DNA from: Octopus sinensis
Taxonomy: Eukaryota
Length of the DNA stretch: 64,000 nt
NCBI RefSeq assembly: GCF_006345805.1
Contig: NC_043002.1
Location: forward strand, 75,888,001-75,952,000
Direction of reading: 5' to 3'
Shown: piece after piece, positions 62,148 through 64,000 of the stretch
Position numbering within the stretch: the stretch's first letter is position 1
Layout: each line of letters begins with the position of its first letter
Made by a program: the position numbers and the translations under genes
The notes under the pieces: model-generated
Database searches by the model: none
What the model was told of the DNA's origin: nothing
What the model saw: only the letters and a program-made list of their open reading frames with translations

Positions 62148-62207
62148 CTACGCTGATGAAGCTACAGATATCCTTGTGATATTAATAGCTGAAACTGCAG
62201 TACGTAG
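62148..62207 (+). ncRNA. Type I minimal hammerhead ribozyme, copy 2
   Basis: Identical to copy 1, offset +504. Predicted cleavage after 62202. Confidence 0.9.
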
Positions 62208-62653
62208 GTAATTATTCCACTTAGTATTTTTCTTTTGTCTCATCCATTGCTTTAGGTCGTGCTGAATTTTATTTTTATTTGAGAACATAATCCTTGTGGA
62301 GAATGGCGATTTGACGTCTATATCTAGCATGTTGACTGTCCACCTTTTCGTGCTCAGTCCTTAATTGGTATATATAAATATTTTAATCTTCGGATTCTTT
62401 TTAATGTGCTAGACCACTGGTTTTAATTGACTAATATCAATTTCTACCCTTAATTTTTAAATATGAAATATATGTTCTCAAACCGATAAATTGACTGCTG
62501 TTAATTATTGCTGCAGGCTAGTTTTTCGATTATCAGCGCGCCAAAAGTAGAGGCATTCGAAAGATACATCCGAACGTAATAGGTTGTACTTTTTGCATGC
62601 GGGACTTCCGGTACCGTTTTTCATCTAGTACAGCATATTATGCTCATAACAGA

Positions 62654-62713
62654 CTACGCTGATGAAGCTACAGATATCCTTGTGATATTAATAGCTGAAA
62701 CTGCAGTACGTAG
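62654..62713 (+). ncRNA. Type I minimal hammerhead ribozyme, copy 3
   Basis: Identical to copies 1 and 2, offset +506 from copy 2. Predicted cleavage after 62708. Confidence 0.9.
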
Positions 62714-62877
62714 GTAATTATTCCCTTACTTATTTTTTTCTTTTGTCTCATCCATTGCTTTAGGTCGTGCTGAATTTTATTTTTATTTGAGAACATAATC
62801 CTTGTGGAGAATGGCGATTTGACGTCTATATCTAGCATGTTGACTGTCCACCTTTTCGTGCTCAGTCCTTAATTGGT

Positions 62878-62910
<33 letters not shown>

Positions 62911-63240
62911 TCAAAATTTAGAGGACTGACCACCAAAAGTGGATAGCCTATATGCTAAACATAGACGTCAAATCGCCATTACGACGAAGAATGTGTTCGT
63001 ATATTTTCATTTGTCTTGCTTATTTTTACATTTCGGTTTATTGCTGAGATTTTTTCTTCAGAACACATTCTTCGTGGTAATCGCCATTTGACGTCTATGT
63101 TTTGCATATAGGCTGTCCCCTTTTAGTCGTCAGTCCTCTAAATTTTGTATGTAAAAATTTTTAATCTTCGGATCTTTTAAAAATATGCTAAGCCACTGAT
63201 TTTAATTGATTAATATCAATTTCTACCCTTACTTAATTAT
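62911..63240. repeat. Diverged relative of the hammerhead unit, arranged as an inverted repeat
   Basis: Arms 62911-62998 and 63061-63150 are reverse complements with ~8 mismatches in 87 nt. 63061-63235 is visibly homologous to 61768-61950. (TA)n flanks both sides. Confidence 0.8.
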
Positions 63241-63286
63241 GTATATATTATATATAATATATATATTATGTATATATTATATAATA

Positions 63287-63340
<54 letters not shown>

Positions 63341-63363
63341 TATATATATATATGTATTATATA

Positions 63364-64000
63364 CAGTGTGCGAGGGGTATTTGAGGACAGTTTTGGTATA
63401 CAGTAAAACAACTATATTTCAGCATAAAGAAATACGTATTTGAATAACATTTGTTTTTGCAATTAGTCTTGATAATGATTTTTTAAACAAATTATTCTAT
63501 AAAACCGCCTTTGGTTTCGATGACTGCTTCAGTGAGGGATCGAAACACTGGCATGCTGATACTATATGGTCGTTATTCATTTCGGACATCATCACCTGGA
63601 TAATGTCTGCCTTTAGTGAAGCTATGGTATTATGAGGGTGACGATTAGTCTCCCTTTCAACAGCGCTCCACATTTAGTAGTCCATGGGGTTCAAATCTGG
63701 CAAGTTTGGAGGCCACATATTGGGTATTACATAATCATAAAAATTGTCTGACAACCATTCTTGGGTGACTACGGCTTTGTGAGAAGGTGTTGAATCTTGT
63801 TGAAACACGTATGACTTTGCATTGCATACTTCATCAATCCAGGGATTGATAACAGTTTCCAGTACCTCAATATATATAGCAGCATTAATTCTAAGACACT
63901 GTGGAAAAAGTGGGGAGGCATCACATTAACTTCGCTACTCACCACTCCTAAAACCATCACAATTGCTGGAAATTTCTTGTGCATCACTCTAGGTACTTCA
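63364..64000 (-). mobile_element. Tc1/mariner superfamily (DD37D, maT-like) transposon, decayed; runs off the window
   Basis: KFPAIVMVLGVVSSE...FQQDSTPSH...WPPNLPDLNPMDY*: 37 residues between the 2nd and 3rd Asp. The terminus TA|CAGTGTG is at 63362-63370. Confidence 0.85.

Larger units (their letters stand above)
61567..62880 (+). repeat. Tandem array of ~504-506 bp hammerhead-bearing units (about 2.6 copies); Penelope pLTR-like or retrozyme-like
   Basis: Near-identical direct repeats: the ORF track gives the same peptide at 61644..61826 and 62148..62330. The third copy stops at a (TA)n tract at ~62875. Confidence 0.9.

Noticed and set aside
61459-62330. 60-82 aa ORFs in the tandem units
   Set aside because: Short, not conserved between copies owing to indels, and no recognisable domain; the unit looks non-coding.

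Overview
This is AT-rich, microsatellite-saturated animal genomic DNA. The repeat content (tRNA-derived SINEs, R4/Dong-like and CR1-like LINE relics, Penelope-like GIY-YIG relics, maT/DD37D transposase relics) resembles repeats I recall from Octopus, so a cephalopod origin is an inference, not a database result. I can support no intact host protein-coding gene: nearly all long ORFs in the track are translations of simple repeats. The main discovery is a hammerhead-ribozyme system. At 61.3-62.9 kb a ~504-506 bp unit is tandemly repeated, and each of three copies carries an identical, core-perfect minimal type I hammerhead with a palindromic (dimer-competent) stem III. An inverted partial copy precedes the array and a diverged relative follows it. 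Further hammerhead-like motifs from unrelated families occur at 8.9, 29.5, 40.3, 41.2 and 52.1 kb. Several of these elements end at (TA)n tracts or form palindromes, and one adjoins a Penelope-type GIY-YIG relic. Other notable observations: a shared 3' tail between the CR1-like LINE and the commonest SINE, four same-strand R4/Dong-like fragments sitting in trinucleotide microsatellites, a SINE multimer flanked by a 17-bp duplication, tandem Helitron-like elements, and a 500-bp phased A4T4 tract. Repeat boundaries were read by eye and are approximate unless given to the base.
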